Shown: piece by piece, positions 35,920 through 44,503 of the stretch
Position numbering within the stretch: position 1 is the first letter of the stretch
Layout of the letters: every line of letters begins with the position of its first letter
NCBI GenBank assembly: GCA_038841535.1
Contig: JAWBTQ010000009.1
Span: forward strand, 1-44,503
Length of the DNA stretch: 44,503 nt
Source of the DNA: Sulfolobales archaeon
GTDB lineage: Archaea > Thermoproteota > Thermoprotei_A > Sulfolobales > NBVN01
Direction of reading: 5' to 3'
Made by a program: the position numbers and the translations under genes
Notes under the pieces: generated by a model
What the model was told of the DNA's origin: nothing
The model's input: the letters and a program-made list of their open reading frames with translations, nothing else
The model's database searches: none

Positions 35920-36537
35920 AAGCTTCTCTGCTCTCTGAATATCTTCCGGGTTGTCGATATCCAGTATTATACTCGGGTCGTCTACGTCTAAGTAGTGTAC
36001 GTACTCTTTATACCTAGATATTAGTCCCTTAAGACCCCTCTCCTCCTCTTTAATACTCAGTGCTTCTCTAATCATGTTTCCTACTAACAATATTGGGTGT
36101 CCACCTATCCCTTGATACCTAGGAATCAGTATGCAATTGCTCTTACACATCGTTAGTAATGAGCTAACTAAATACCCTAGAGTACGCATCTTTATAAACG
36201 GCACATCTGATGGATGCACTGCTACAAGCCTCGAGTACTTGGCTACTCTCTTAATACCCGCAACGACGGATGATGACATTCCGAGAGAGTAACTCGGGTT
36301 GTAGACAAACTTGACATCTAGGTCTGCAAGTATCTCAATTATTTTACTATACTCGAACCCTACAACAACAACTATTTCATCAAAAACTCCAGCTTCGAGG
36401 AACTTCCTGGTCGTTATCCTAACCATGTGATCTTCTCCCAGTTCGCTATCTCGGATTCTGTAGAGTAGCTTATTCTTGTCGAATCTTCTAGATGCACCAG
36501 CCGCCAGCAGTACGGCTACTCTCATAGATTCAGCCAC
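35899..36537 (-). CDS. mocA: Molybdenum cofactor cytidylyltransferase-like NTP transferase
   Basis: Motifs LLAAGASRRF..NKLL, NPSYSLGMSSS, SDVP, GHP and DIDNPED. Lies in an operon with a molybdenum hydroxylase. Confidence 0.82.
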   Translation of the reverse strand: MAESMRVAVLLAAGASRRFDKNKLLYRIRDSELGEDHMVRITTRKFLEAGVFDEIVVVVGFEYSKIIEILADLDVKFVYNPSYSLGMSSSVVAGIKRVAKYSRLVAVHPSDVPFIKMRTLGYLVSSLLTMCKSNCILIPRYQGIGGHPILLVGNMIREALSIKEEERGLKGLISRYKEYVHYLDVDDPSIILDIDNPEDIQRAEKLLTSSLP

Positions 36538-37015
36538 AATCGCTTATTCTTCTCTCGAGAACCTCCATAACAGCTCTTATGACCCTTGGATAAGTTCCAC
36601 ATCGACACAGGTTTCCCTCAATAGCCTTAATCACATCTTCTTTAGTGGGCTTTAGAAGCTTCCTAATAGCTTTATTCAAGAAGGCATATGTGGTTAGCAA
36701 CATAGCTGGAGTACAGTAACCGCACTGAACAGCGAAGTTCTTACTGAATTCCTCCACTAACTCCCTAAATAGATCATCAGAATATAGCCCCTCTACAGTT
36801 ATTATCTCACTTCCATCGATTTGTACCGTCAGCAGTAAGCAGGAGACAGCTGGTTTGCCGTTAACTAGCACAGTACAAACTCCGCACTCACCCCTCTCGC
36901 AACCTCTTTTTACGCTCTTCACACCTAACCTAAGCCTCAAGGTATCTAAGAGTATCTCATTTGGCTCGACGTCTACTTCGACTCTATTTCCATTTAAGGT
37001 GAAGTTAACGCGCAC
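36530..37015 (-). CDS. Xanthine dehydrogenase-family small subunit (2x[2Fe-2S])
   Basis: Motifs GCERGECGVCTV...SC, QCGYCTP and GNLCRCGTY. Confidence 0.95.
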   Translation of the reverse strand: MRVNFTLNGNRVEVDVEPNEILLDTLRLRLGVKSVKRGCERGECGVCTVLVNGKPAVSCLLLTVQIDGSEIITVEGLYSDDLFRELVEEFSKNFAVQCGYCTPAMLLTTYAFLNKAIRKLLKPTKEDVIKAIEGNLCRCGTYPRVIRAVMEVLERRISDCG

Positions 37016-37878
37016 TACGCAACACCTAAAGCCCTAGCTAGTGCGTCTATGGCTAACCGGTAGCTCATTTCTCTTCTGTACCAAGAAGTTGACCTAACAT
37101 CGTCGATTGGTGTGACTTCACTCGCAACAGTTTTGGCAGCCTCCTCTATTAAGCCCCAATTAACTCTTCTACCTCTAATGACCTCTTCGGCTCTGTATAC
37201 CCTTATAGGTGTTGGAGCGACAGAGTTTAAAGCTATTCTAACATCGTAAACTACGTTGTCGACTACTTTAGCAAGTACTGCTATCGCTACTACAGATAGA
37301 GTGAAACCATTCCTCCTTCCAAGCTTTATGTAGGACCAGCCGCTCCACTCAGATTTCCTGATAAGTATCTCCTTGAGTATCTCGCGAGAGTTTAAAGCAG
37401 TTTTTCTATATCCAACGAAGAACTTTGTAGATGGTATAGTTCTTAAACCTTCCGAGCCAGCGATAACTAGCTCAGCATCATAAGCTAGAAGAGGTGGTGC
37501 TGTATCGGCTGCTGGTGATGCATTACACAGGTTCCCACCTATGGTGGCCATGTTCCTTATTTGCAACGAACCCATAGACTCTACTGCGGCTTTTAAGAGA
37601 GGGAGGCTCTGAGACACTGCGCGTGACTCTATCAACTCTTGCAACTTAGTAGCAGCTCCTATTCTAATGGTTTCACTTAAGTCTTCGACTCCCAATAGCT
37701 CGGATATCGAACTAATGTCTACTAAGGCCCGCACTCTAACCCTAGAAGTCTTCATATCCACTAAGAGATCGGTTCCTCCAGCAATAACCTTCGAATTCTC
37801 AACTTCCCTTAATAGCTTAATGGCCTCATCGAGAGTCTTAGGGCGATAGTAATCTACCGTCGGGAGTTTGTAGTACAA
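37015..37878 (-). CDS. Xanthine dehydrogenase-family medium subunit (FAD)
   Basis: Motifs IAGGTDL, QIRNMATIGGNLCNASPAAD and PIDDVRSTSWYR. Confidence 0.95.
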   Translation of the reverse strand: MYYKLPTVDYYRPKTLDEAIKLLREVENSKVIAGGTDLLVDMKTSRVRVRALVDISSISELLGVEDLSETIRIGAATKLQELIESRAVSQSLPLLKAAVESMGSLQIRNMATIGGNLCNASPAADTAPPLLAYDAELVIAGSEGLRTIPSTKFFVGYRKTALNSREILKEILIRKSEWSGWSYIKLGRRNGFTLSVVAIAVLAKVVDNVVYDVRIALNSVAPTPIRVYRAEEVIRGRRVNWGLIEEAAKTVASEVTPIDDVRSTSWYRREMSYRLAIDALARALGVA

Positions 37879-37884
37879 TGTACA

Positions 37885-40218
37885 TTACCCCACTTTCTGC
37901 TTTGCTAAGGAGTAAACTTTCTCTAGTGTCAATGGTAGCTCAGTAATCCTTACACCTAGTGCGTGACTTACGGCATTAGCTATAGCAGCAGGCATCGGTA
38001 TAAACGCCATTTCCCCTACCCCCTTCGCCCCGAAGGGACCGTAATCCCATACGTCCTCGACAAATATGGCGTCTCTTATTACTGGAGTCTCATGAGACGT
38101 CGGAATAACGTAATCCGTCAGATTGTCATTAACTATCCTCCCATCATTGGAGAAAACTAGTTTCTCCATTAAAGCGTACCCTATTCCCTGTATAATCGCC
38201 CCCTCTACTTGAGTTTTAACGGCATCAGGATTAATAACTCTACCAACGGCGAGAGCAGGATGTACCTCAAGCACCCGTACTCTCCCGGTGAACATGTCTA
38301 CTTCAACCTCAGCAACTACAGCGATAAAGCTGAAGGCTGGGTAGGCAAATCCGCGCCCAACATCGTCATCAAACGCCCCCTTAGGTAGAAAGAAGTAACC
38401 TGTCGCAGAGAGGTCTACTCCCTTACTGTAGGCTAAAGATACAAGCTCCTCCCAACTCATCTTGATCTTATCACTCACGATAACAGCTCCTCCCAATATT
38501 TTGATCTCTTCTCTCTGAACATTGTAGTACTCAGACAGAAAGCTCTCCAGCCTACTTCTGATCTTACCAGCAGCAACGAGTATCCCGATAGCACCCACAC
38601 TAGTACCTCTTGAGGCGTGAGTAGCTCCAGTATCTGGGGCATCAGTCGTACCGAAAACCACCTTAACTTTATCGATTGGGCAGCCCAGTACCTCAGAAAC
38701 AAGCTGCCTGTGTGAACTTGAGGGCGACCCCTGGCCCATCTCAACGATTCCTGTGTAAACGTTAACAGAGCCGTCACGGGATATGTGTATGTAGGAGTTG
38801 GACCAATCCGGTACAGCTCTACTAGTACTATTTCCATGCCAGGCTACAGCAACTCCTATTCCTCTCCTAGTGCGCCCCGTTTTATGTTCTCCGTACTCTA
38901 GTCTCTTAGCCTTCCAGTCACTAATTACAGACAGTTTCTTTAGGGCTTCATGGATCCCTATAGATGACGTCAGCACTTGACCAGTTATTGTATCTCTACC
39001 TACTCTAAGCATGTTGTTTAACCTAAATTCTACTGGGTCCAATCCTAGCTTCTCAGCAAGCTGGTCCATCTGTGACTCGGCAGCGAACTGAACTGAGGGA
39101 TTCCCGAACCCGCGGAACGAACCCTGGGGAACTTTGTTGGTGTATACACAGTAACCGTCGACCTTAGCATTGGGTACGTAGTAAGGACCTGACGCATGCA
39201 TCGTGGCTCTCCATAGTATGAAGGGACCTCTGTTAGCGTAGGCCCCCGAGTCATGTATGATTGTAACTTCGATTGCGGTTAGCTTTCCATCTTTCGAGGC
39301 CCCAGACTTATACTTTATTACGGTTGCCTCTCTTTTGGGGTGTGTCTGTATAGAGTCCTCCCTTGTATAATAAAGTAGCACGGGCTTCTTGAGGTGGTAT
39401 GCTGCGAGTGCCGCTCTCGCAGCAACTAGAGGTCCCTCATCATCTTTTCCACCGAAGCCTCCGCCAACATAAGGAGCTATAACTTTAATATAACCGGACG
39501 GCAGACCCAAAACTTTCGACACTATCTTTTGACCTAAGTGCGGATACTGTATCGTAGCTATAACCGTTATTCTGTTCTCGAGATCGGGTATAGCAAGAGC
39601 TGCCTCCGGCTCTAAATACACGTGTTCTTGGTGGTGGGTTCTATAAGTATTCTCTACTACCACGTCTGCCTTACTAAATCCATCAACTACATCACCTTTT
39701 CTAACTCTAGTTCTAAACGCTATGTTGCTTCCGAGAGATTCGTGGATAAGAATGTCGCTCCTTTCCATGACCTCTAAAGGGTCAAAGAGAGTGGGCAGAG
39801 GCTCTATCTCGAGGACCACATTTTCTACGGCATTATTTACAGAATCGGGGTCCTTACCTACTACGACAGCGATCGCCTCACCATAGTACCTAACTTTCTC
39901 CTCAGCTAGTAGAGGTTGATCTGGAATAGCATAACCAACTTGGTTCTCACCTGGGATATCGCGGTAAGTGAGGACACGAAAGACCTTAGAGTCTTCTAGA
40001 GCTCTAGAGTAGTCGATCTTCTTTATTCTCGCATGGGGCACTTTAGCCAGAGCTAGTCTAGCAACAAGATACCCTTCTTCAAGAAAATCTTCAACAAATT
40101 TCGCTCTTCCTAAGGCCTTCTCTAGAGAGTCCGATCTCTCAATGCTCTTACCGACGACGACGCATGATTCCGCAGAAAGCCACCTTCTAATAAGAGTTCT
40201 CGGGTCTTCAACCATCAT
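37885..40218 (-). CDS. Xanthine dehydrogenase-family large subunit (molybdopterin)
   Basis: Motifs HVYLEPE, VGGGFGGK, SFRGFG, EMGQG, THASR, QVEGA and GAKGVGE. The start is ATG 40218 or 40215 rather than 40365. Confidence 0.95.
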   Translation of the reverse strand: MMVEDPRTLIRRWLSAESCVVVGKSIERSDSLEKALGRAKFVEDFLEEGYLVARLALAKVPHARIKKIDYSRALEDSKVFRVLTYRDIPGENQVGYAIPDQPLLAEEKVRYYGEAIAVVVGKDPDSVNNAVENVVLEIEPLPTLFDPLEVMERSDILIHESLGSNIAFRTRVRKGDVVDGFSKADVVVENTYRTHHQEHVYLEPEAALAIPDLENRITVIATIQYPHLGQKIVSKVLGLPSGYIKVIAPYVGGGFGGKDDEGPLVAARAALAAYHLKKPVLLYYTREDSIQTHPKREATVIKYKSGASKDGKLTAIEVTIIHDSGAYANRGPFILWRATMHASGPYYVPNAKVDGYCVYTNKVPQGSFRGFGNPSVQFAAESQMDQLAEKLGLDPVEFRLNNMLRVGRDTITGQVLTSSIGIHEALKKLSVISDWKAKRLEYGEHKTGRTRRGIGVAVAWHGNSTSRAVPDWSNSYIHISRDGSVNVYTGIVEMGQGSPSSSHRQLVSEVLGCPIDKVKVVFGTTDAPDTGATHASRGTSVGAIGILVAAGKIRSRLESFLSEYYNVQREEIKILGGAVIVSDKIKMSWEELVSLAYSKGVDLSATGYFFLPKGAFDDDVGRGFAYPAFSFIAVVAEVEVDMFTGRVRVLEVHPALAVGRVINPDAVKTQVEGAIIQGIGYALMEKLVFSNDGRIVNDNLTDYVIPTSHETPVIRDAIFVEDVWDYGPFGAKGVGEMAFIPMPAAIANAVSHALGVRITELPLTLEKVYSLAKQKVG

Positions 40219-40430
40219 CAATACCCAATAGTAGGGGTAAGTATATCGAATATATAAGCTTAGCCTTTGTCCCCAATGTTCGCTTTTGTTAGCCTTTGTT
40301 GGTGTTCTTTTATGATTAGGGACTCCTATCTCGACATAGAGACCTAGGTATCTCTGCGAGTTCATAGTCGATGTCGAGACCCAAACCTATTTACCCCATC
40401 TACGCCCATCTACGTCAAGCCTCAGTGGGC

Positions 40431-40661
40431 TCAGAGTATCGCTCTCACCATTTCCCCAGGCCTTGAGGAGTATGTTAAGATGTTCAGCTGCGCATCTATC
40501 CCAATCTCACAGACAGCTGCGCATACTTCCATCCTTAAGCCGTTGAATCCGTTTTCAGCTTTATGTACTGCGTGCGGCCTATACATATTCTTCGGGTCTA
40601 CGAAGACTATCGGTAATCCATGTCCCCTGGCTTTCCATCCGATAACATTCTGAATACCCAC
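40431..40661 (-). pseudogene. tnpB: Highly degraded tnpB C-terminal fragment
   Basis: IQNVIGWKARGHGLPIVFVDPKN...ENG...LNIL matches the TnpB region around the zinc finger, with the Cys residues lost. Confidence 0.65.
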
Positions 40662-40663
40662 GA

Positions 40664-41058
40664 GTGAGGGGTTCAGCTTGATATAAGTTCATTTTTGATG
40701 ATTTCACTGTCCAATCTTTGTTCATCCGCATTCCGTTCGGGTTCTCATCAATCTTGGAGGCGTTCGAGGGCGCCCCTAGACCTCCACATCTTGCGTATCT
40801 TATGAACAGGTTTATACACGCTATGACGTCTCTATCTCCTATGAAGCCGCATTTAGGGCATCGTAGCACTCTACTACCGCTATCTTTGAGCTTACCTTCA
40901 CACCTAGGGCACGTGGATGAGGTCTTTCTTGGGTTGACGTACCTAGTCTCCAGCCCTACCTCAAGGGACTCGTAGCTAACTGTGAACTGTATCCTCCTGT
41001 AGAACCACAGAGATAACCTCTTATTGAAAACACCGTTCTCGTTAGTTCTGCTCTTGAG
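40664..41058 (-). pseudogene. tnpB: tnpB C-terminal fragment with right end
   Basis: The frame is open from 41058: LKSRTNE...LSLWFYRRIQFTVSYE...VNPRKTSSTCPRC...LRCPKCGFIGDRDVIACINL...RCG...DENP. The element ends GCTGAACCCCTCAC at 40664. Confidence 0.88.
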
Positions 41059-41078
41059 CTAGATTGTGTGATAAGTGA

Positions 41079-41366
41079 AAACACGGAGTGTTAGTCATTG
41101 AGGTATATCCAAAAGAAACATCAACAACATACACCATCTGTGTTGGTAGATTCAAGGAAAATGATTACAGCGGGTGATGCGTCTAGCATGTAGCTTCTAG
41201 GAAGTTAGAGATTGGGCAGCTGTATTGAACATATTTAGGAGGGCAGCACTCAAGATAGGGAAAGTTCTGGCCGCCCGACCGACTAGCAGGTAAAAGACGC
41301 ATCTCTAGATGGACATAGAAAACCAAAGAATTGCCCAGAAAAACTATAGGGTAGGGAGTATGCTAG
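41079..41366 (+). pseudogene. tnpB: Degraded tnpB C-terminal fragment with decayed right end
   Basis: KHGVLVIEVYPKETSTTYTICVGRFKENDY, then a frameshift to RVMRLACSF*EVRDWAAVLNIFRRA. TAGGGTAGGGAG (41347-41358) is identical to 35900-35911. Confidence 0.68.
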
Positions 41367-41369
41367 CTC

Positions 41370-42797
41370 TCATTCTTTAGGTCTTTCTAAGTAGACTCTT
41401 ACTAGCTTCCCCACTAAAGTGAACATAACAAGGTTGTAAGCAAGTATTAATACGGCTCCTATTACATTAGTATATGACTCTACTAGTTTAACGTAGCTGT
41501 AGTACTTTTCTCCTAAGCTAATAAGGTTCTGCACCGTCTCGTTTATGGGAGTATCTAAGGACTTATATATGAAGGTTCTCGCAGGGAGAAGCTCCCCGGT
41601 CTCCTCGATTACAACAACGTTGTTTACTAGAGCCGGAATTAACATGTAGAGACCTCCCCACAAGGTAGCTAACACTGCTGCTACGTTGTAAGTTAATAAC
41701 GTGCTTCTAAGTTTAAGCCTATAGCTAAAGGCCAAGTGAACAATGAGTGGATAAGCCCAGAGAAGATAGTTCGGATTTACTACTTTGTTGAAAACGAGCA
41801 CTAGAGATAGAAGAATTAAGGTTGCTAGAATTACTTCATCTTTATTATCGATCTTAATTCTCTTTTTCAGTAGCAGGAATGCTCCTACTATGACCGCTAG
41901 CATTACGGGTAACCACACGGCATTTATTAATCTTATAACCTCAGAGTTTCTCCCGGAGAGTAGAACGAAGATATTCCAAAGTGAAACATATTGAGGCGCT
42001 CTCCCGCTATGGAATAAGACTACATTGTATATAAACGCATATGGGTTAGCTAAAAAGAATGGGAGTACGAGCAAGAGAACTACTATTGAAGCTACAGTTA
42101 TGTACTGAACTAAGCCCCTGATCTTCGTTTTTCTATATATATAGTAGATAAGTGGTACGAGTGATACCGCTGCTAAGGGCTTTGTCAAGACTACGAGTGC
42201 AGTAGATATGGAACTTAGGTATATACCTACACGAGGTACCTCCAATACTATTATCGCTAAATAAAGAAAGAACGCTACTAGCGGATCGAACTGGTAGTTA
42301 GCTAAGGTAACAAGAGTGGGTACTCCAATAACAACCCAGTAGAAAGCTTCAGAGCCAAATTTCCTCCACAACAAGATAGCGAGAGCTACAGTGAATATGA
42401 GCAGTGGTAACTTCATGACTCCTCTAACAAGGTGGTCTGCTACCATTAGTAGTGTTTGTCCAATGCTGGGCATAGACTTACTAACCGAATTTAAGGCACT
42501 TATAAAGGCATCCACTAACCAATGAGTCCCTATGTATATAAGGGGTGGGATAGGTGGGTAGACTACTCTATAGCTTATGTTACCTAAAGATAAAGGAATC
42601 TCGTAAATCTTATATAGACTGGCATACTTTGAGACTCTAACCCAGTTTTCAAAGATGCTTATGTCGTACCAGTTCCACATAGACAGACTGAAGATCGTGA
42701 GGATCATGATCAGTAGCACGACCTTCAGCTTGTCTTTTTTCAGTATGTTGGGCACGGTCAACATACCCACGTCTCTATATAATATTACGTCAAACAC
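41370..42797 (-). CDS. GT-C fold membrane glycosyltransferase (GT87/PIG-M-like)
   Basis: Polytopic; motifs WYD, VYPP, KLP, QFD, TKP and NKVVNPNYLLW. Confidence 0.8.
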   Translation of the reverse strand: MFDVILYRDVGMLTVPNILKKDKLKVVLLIMILTIFSLSMWNWYDISIFENWVRVSKYASLYKIYEIPLSLGNISYRVVYPPIPPLIYIGTHWLVDAFISALNSVSKSMPSIGQTLLMVADHLVRGVMKLPLLIFTVALAILLWRKFGSEAFYWVVIGVPTLVTLANYQFDPLVAFFLYLAIIVLEVPRVGIYLSSISTALVVLTKPLAAVSLVPLIYYIYRKTKIRGLVQYITVASIVVLLLVLPFFLANPYAFIYNVVLFHSGRAPQYVSLWNIFVLLSGRNSEVIRLINAVWLPVMLAVIVGAFLLLKKRIKIDNKDEVILATLILLSLVLVFNKVVNPNYLLWAYPLIVHLAFSYRLKLRSTLLTYNVAAVLATLWGGLYMLIPALVNNVVVIEETGELLPARTFIYKSLDTPINETVQNLISLGEKYYSYVKLVESYTNVIGAVLILAYNLVMFTLVGKLVRVYLERPKE

Positions 42798-42913
42798 TTA
42801 TATGTTGAATTACTACGAGTTTCTCTAAGCATAACTATAGAAAGAGTCTTGCTATAAAACTCTTAAGGTATGGTGATCTCTCGTAAGGGGAAAGCTACCT
42901 GAGCAGTTGGCTA

Positions 42914-43498
42914 ATGAAAACTACTGAAGGTAAAATTACACTCATGTACGGTAACGCTGGAAGCGGTAAGACTAATATCTGTTTGTGGATGCTATCGAAG
43001 AGCTCCGGACCCAGTCTCTATATTAGTACAGAGGGGCCCATACCTATAGCCCTTTTAGATAGATATTCTCTTTATGACAAAGAGCTCTACTTTAGGGAAA
43101 TCTTTAGTCTCGAAGATCTCTCCATTCAAATGATCAACATGTATGTTGATGGATTACTTAAAGAGTTTAGAAGCATATGCGTTGACTCTATTAATGCTCA
43201 CTATAGGTACGAAGTTATTGAAAGACATGAAGCAAATAGGTTGCTCAATGCTTCGTTAGCGGTTCTCTCGTATGTAACAATTCAGTTCGGAGCCAGAGTT
43301 TTACTCGTGGCTCAAGTAAGGGAGGAAGAGGGAGAGGCAGTTCCCAGCGGGTTTGAGATCCTGAGCTTCTGGTCTGACATAATCGCAGAGGTTAAAAGAA
43401 GTGGAGATAAGAGAGAGTTAATTATGGTAAAGCCTGAGGAGCTTAAAGGTCGCAAAATAGGGTTTAAGATTAGTGACCAAGGTGTGGAATTTGAGTAA
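42914..43498 (+). CDS. radB: RadB-like RecA-superfamily ATPase
   Basis: Motifs YGNAGSGKT, YISTEG, VDSI and AQVRE; no N-terminal RadA domain. Confidence 0.72.
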   Translation: MKTTEGKITLMYGNAGSGKTNICLWMLSKSSGPSLYISTEGPIPIALLDRYSLYDKELYFREIFSLEDLSIQMINMYVDGLLKEFRSICVDSINAHYRYEVIERHEANRLLNASLAVLSYVTIQFGARVLLVAQVREEEGEAVPSGFEILSFWSDIIAEVKRSGDKRELIMVKPEELKGRKIGFKISDQGVEFE

Positions 43499-44030
43499 CT
43501 ACTTCGAACTTGCTTATAAAGCGTTATTTTTAGCACCATCCTTTGCTGCCAACGCTTCTCCTCTAATAGTAAAAGGCTTCTTGAAAAATAGGCATCCAGT
43601 AGACTTCGGTAAGAACTTTACAGATGGTAGAAGAATATTTGGAGAGAATAAAAGCTGGGAGGGAGTTATTGCTGGCGTATTAGTTGGTACGGTAGTTGGA
43701 ATTGCTTTAGTTCCTCTCTATGGGTGCACTCTAGTCAAACTAGCTGTCGCCGGATTTGTGCAGGGAATAGGCTCTATGGTTGGAGACCTAGCAAACTCTT
43801 TCTTAAAGAGGAGGCTTGGCATAAAACCGGGAGAACCGTTACCATTTCTTGACCAAACATCTTTTATAGTAGTGTCGTTAATGATCGTGCGATTAGCAGG
43901 AGTCGACCAGCTTGTCGGTGTAGGGCTAGGACTGGTCGACATGGCGATAGTTATCGGTATAGCCCTAGTGCTTCATCCTTTAACGAACTACATAGCGTAC
44001 CTACTCAAGTTAAAGGAGGTCCCATACTAA
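43491..44030 (+). CDS. carS: CDP-archaeol synthase
   Basis: Motifs ANASP, PVDFGK.F.DGRRIFG.NKSWEG, GDL..SFLKRRLG and LDQ. TTG 43491 follows a GGTG RBS. Confidence 0.93.
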   Translation: MSNYFELAYKALFLAPSFAANASPLIVKGFLKNRHPVDFGKNFTDGRRIFGENKSWEGVIAGVLVGTVVGIALVPLYGCTLVKLAVAGFVQGIGSMVGDLANSFLKRRLGIKPGEPLPFLDQTSFIVVSLMIVRLAGVDQLVGVGLGLVDMAIVIGIALVLHPLTNYIAYLLKLKEVPY

Positions 44031-44263
44031 AAGAGTATTTGGTTGTCTCATGTTTTGTGTTTTCCTAGAACTCTTTACGTGCTTGTAGCAATCAAGACTG
44101 AAACTCGTGGACCATGGTCTAGACCATAGCCGGTCTTATGCCTATCGATGGTCGGGTTTCGGGGTCTGAGTGTACGTAGTTAAGACTTGGGAAGATGCGG
44201 TAGACCACCCGGGGTCAATATATGACAGTGCACCGTGGGGCGGTTCTCTAAGTGTGTCTATCA

Positions 44264-44503
44264 CTACGGCGTCTCAAACGTACTTAGGTTATAGGTCAAA
44301 AACCTTCCCAGGTTAGTCACAAAGATATTCGTGAGGCTATAGCTAAGTAGCGATGATATTATGAAGGGCCCTAGATATGAAGCCAATATGTACGTGAGTA
44401 TTCTCTTTCTATAAAATATTTTAAACTCAGAAGCTAAGCCCACACCTATTATCGATGAGAACATAACAAGTGATATGACTATGGGTATGCCCAAGCGGTT
44501 AGC
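44264..44503 (-). CDS. Inorganic phosphate transporter (PiT) family, C-terminal part (starts beyond the window)
   Basis: ANRLGIPIVISLVMFSSIIGVGL resembles the PiT signature LGIPVS...IIGVG. Confidence 0.65.
   Translation of the reverse strand, partial: ANRLGIPIVISLVMFSSIIGVGLASEFKIFYRKRILTYILASYLGPFIISSLLSYSLTNIFVTNLGRFLTYNLSTFETP

Noticed and set aside
37885-40365. Aerobic CO dehydrogenase (coxL) call and the 826-aa start
   Set aside because: The Cu-binding AYxCSFR loop is absent, and the first 49 codons look like promoter DNA.
5170-43942. Many short antisense ORFs inside long genes (e.g. 5838..6251, 24545..24934, 38475..38837)
   Set aside because: Shadow ORFs of well-supported genes.
1-44503. 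tRNA, rRNA, CRISPR arrays and known defence systems
   Set aside because: None was recognised by eye. tRNAscan-SE, Infernal and DefenseFinder runs would be needed to exclude atypical cases.

Overview
Archaeal chromosome segment. The gene content (carS, rpl35ae, AK6-type kinase, DUF2070, GGTGA ribosome-binding sites, TATA boxes about 25 nt before leaderless starts) suggests a thermophilic crenarchaeon, probably Desulfurococcales-like (inference). The backbone carries an HD phosphohydrolase-DUF2070-ahcY unit, a Dpp/Opp peptide ABC transporter, two GT-C glycosyltransferases, a xanthine-dehydrogenase-family L/M/S operon with a MocA-like transferase, a RadB-like ATPase, carS and a partial PiT transporter. 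The most interesting block is a 12 kb minus-strand acyl-CoA cluster (17341-29304). It holds a DUF35-OB-fold/FabG-type reductase fusion, an SCP2-type thiolase, an HTH-10 regulator, two alpha/beta hydrolases, a CaiB/BaiF-type CoA-transferase, a KAS III-like enzyme lacking the canonical His and Asn, and a Liv-type ABC importer. Four of its promoters carry a shared 16-bp palindrome (GTWARC-N4-GYTWAC) just upstream of the TATA box. The gene set fits an undescribed (R)-3-hydroxyacyl ester/oligomer uptake and catabolism regulon (hypothesis). The window also has many IS200/IS605 tnpB derivatives: one tnpB running off the left edge, one mini-element with a mappable internal deletion, and several remnants that keep only the 3' tail/right end. 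A GC-rich virus/plasmid-like relic and an unannotated 48-aa twin-CX3C protein were also found. No tRNA, rRNA or CRISPR array was seen. All family calls come from motif reading, not database searches.
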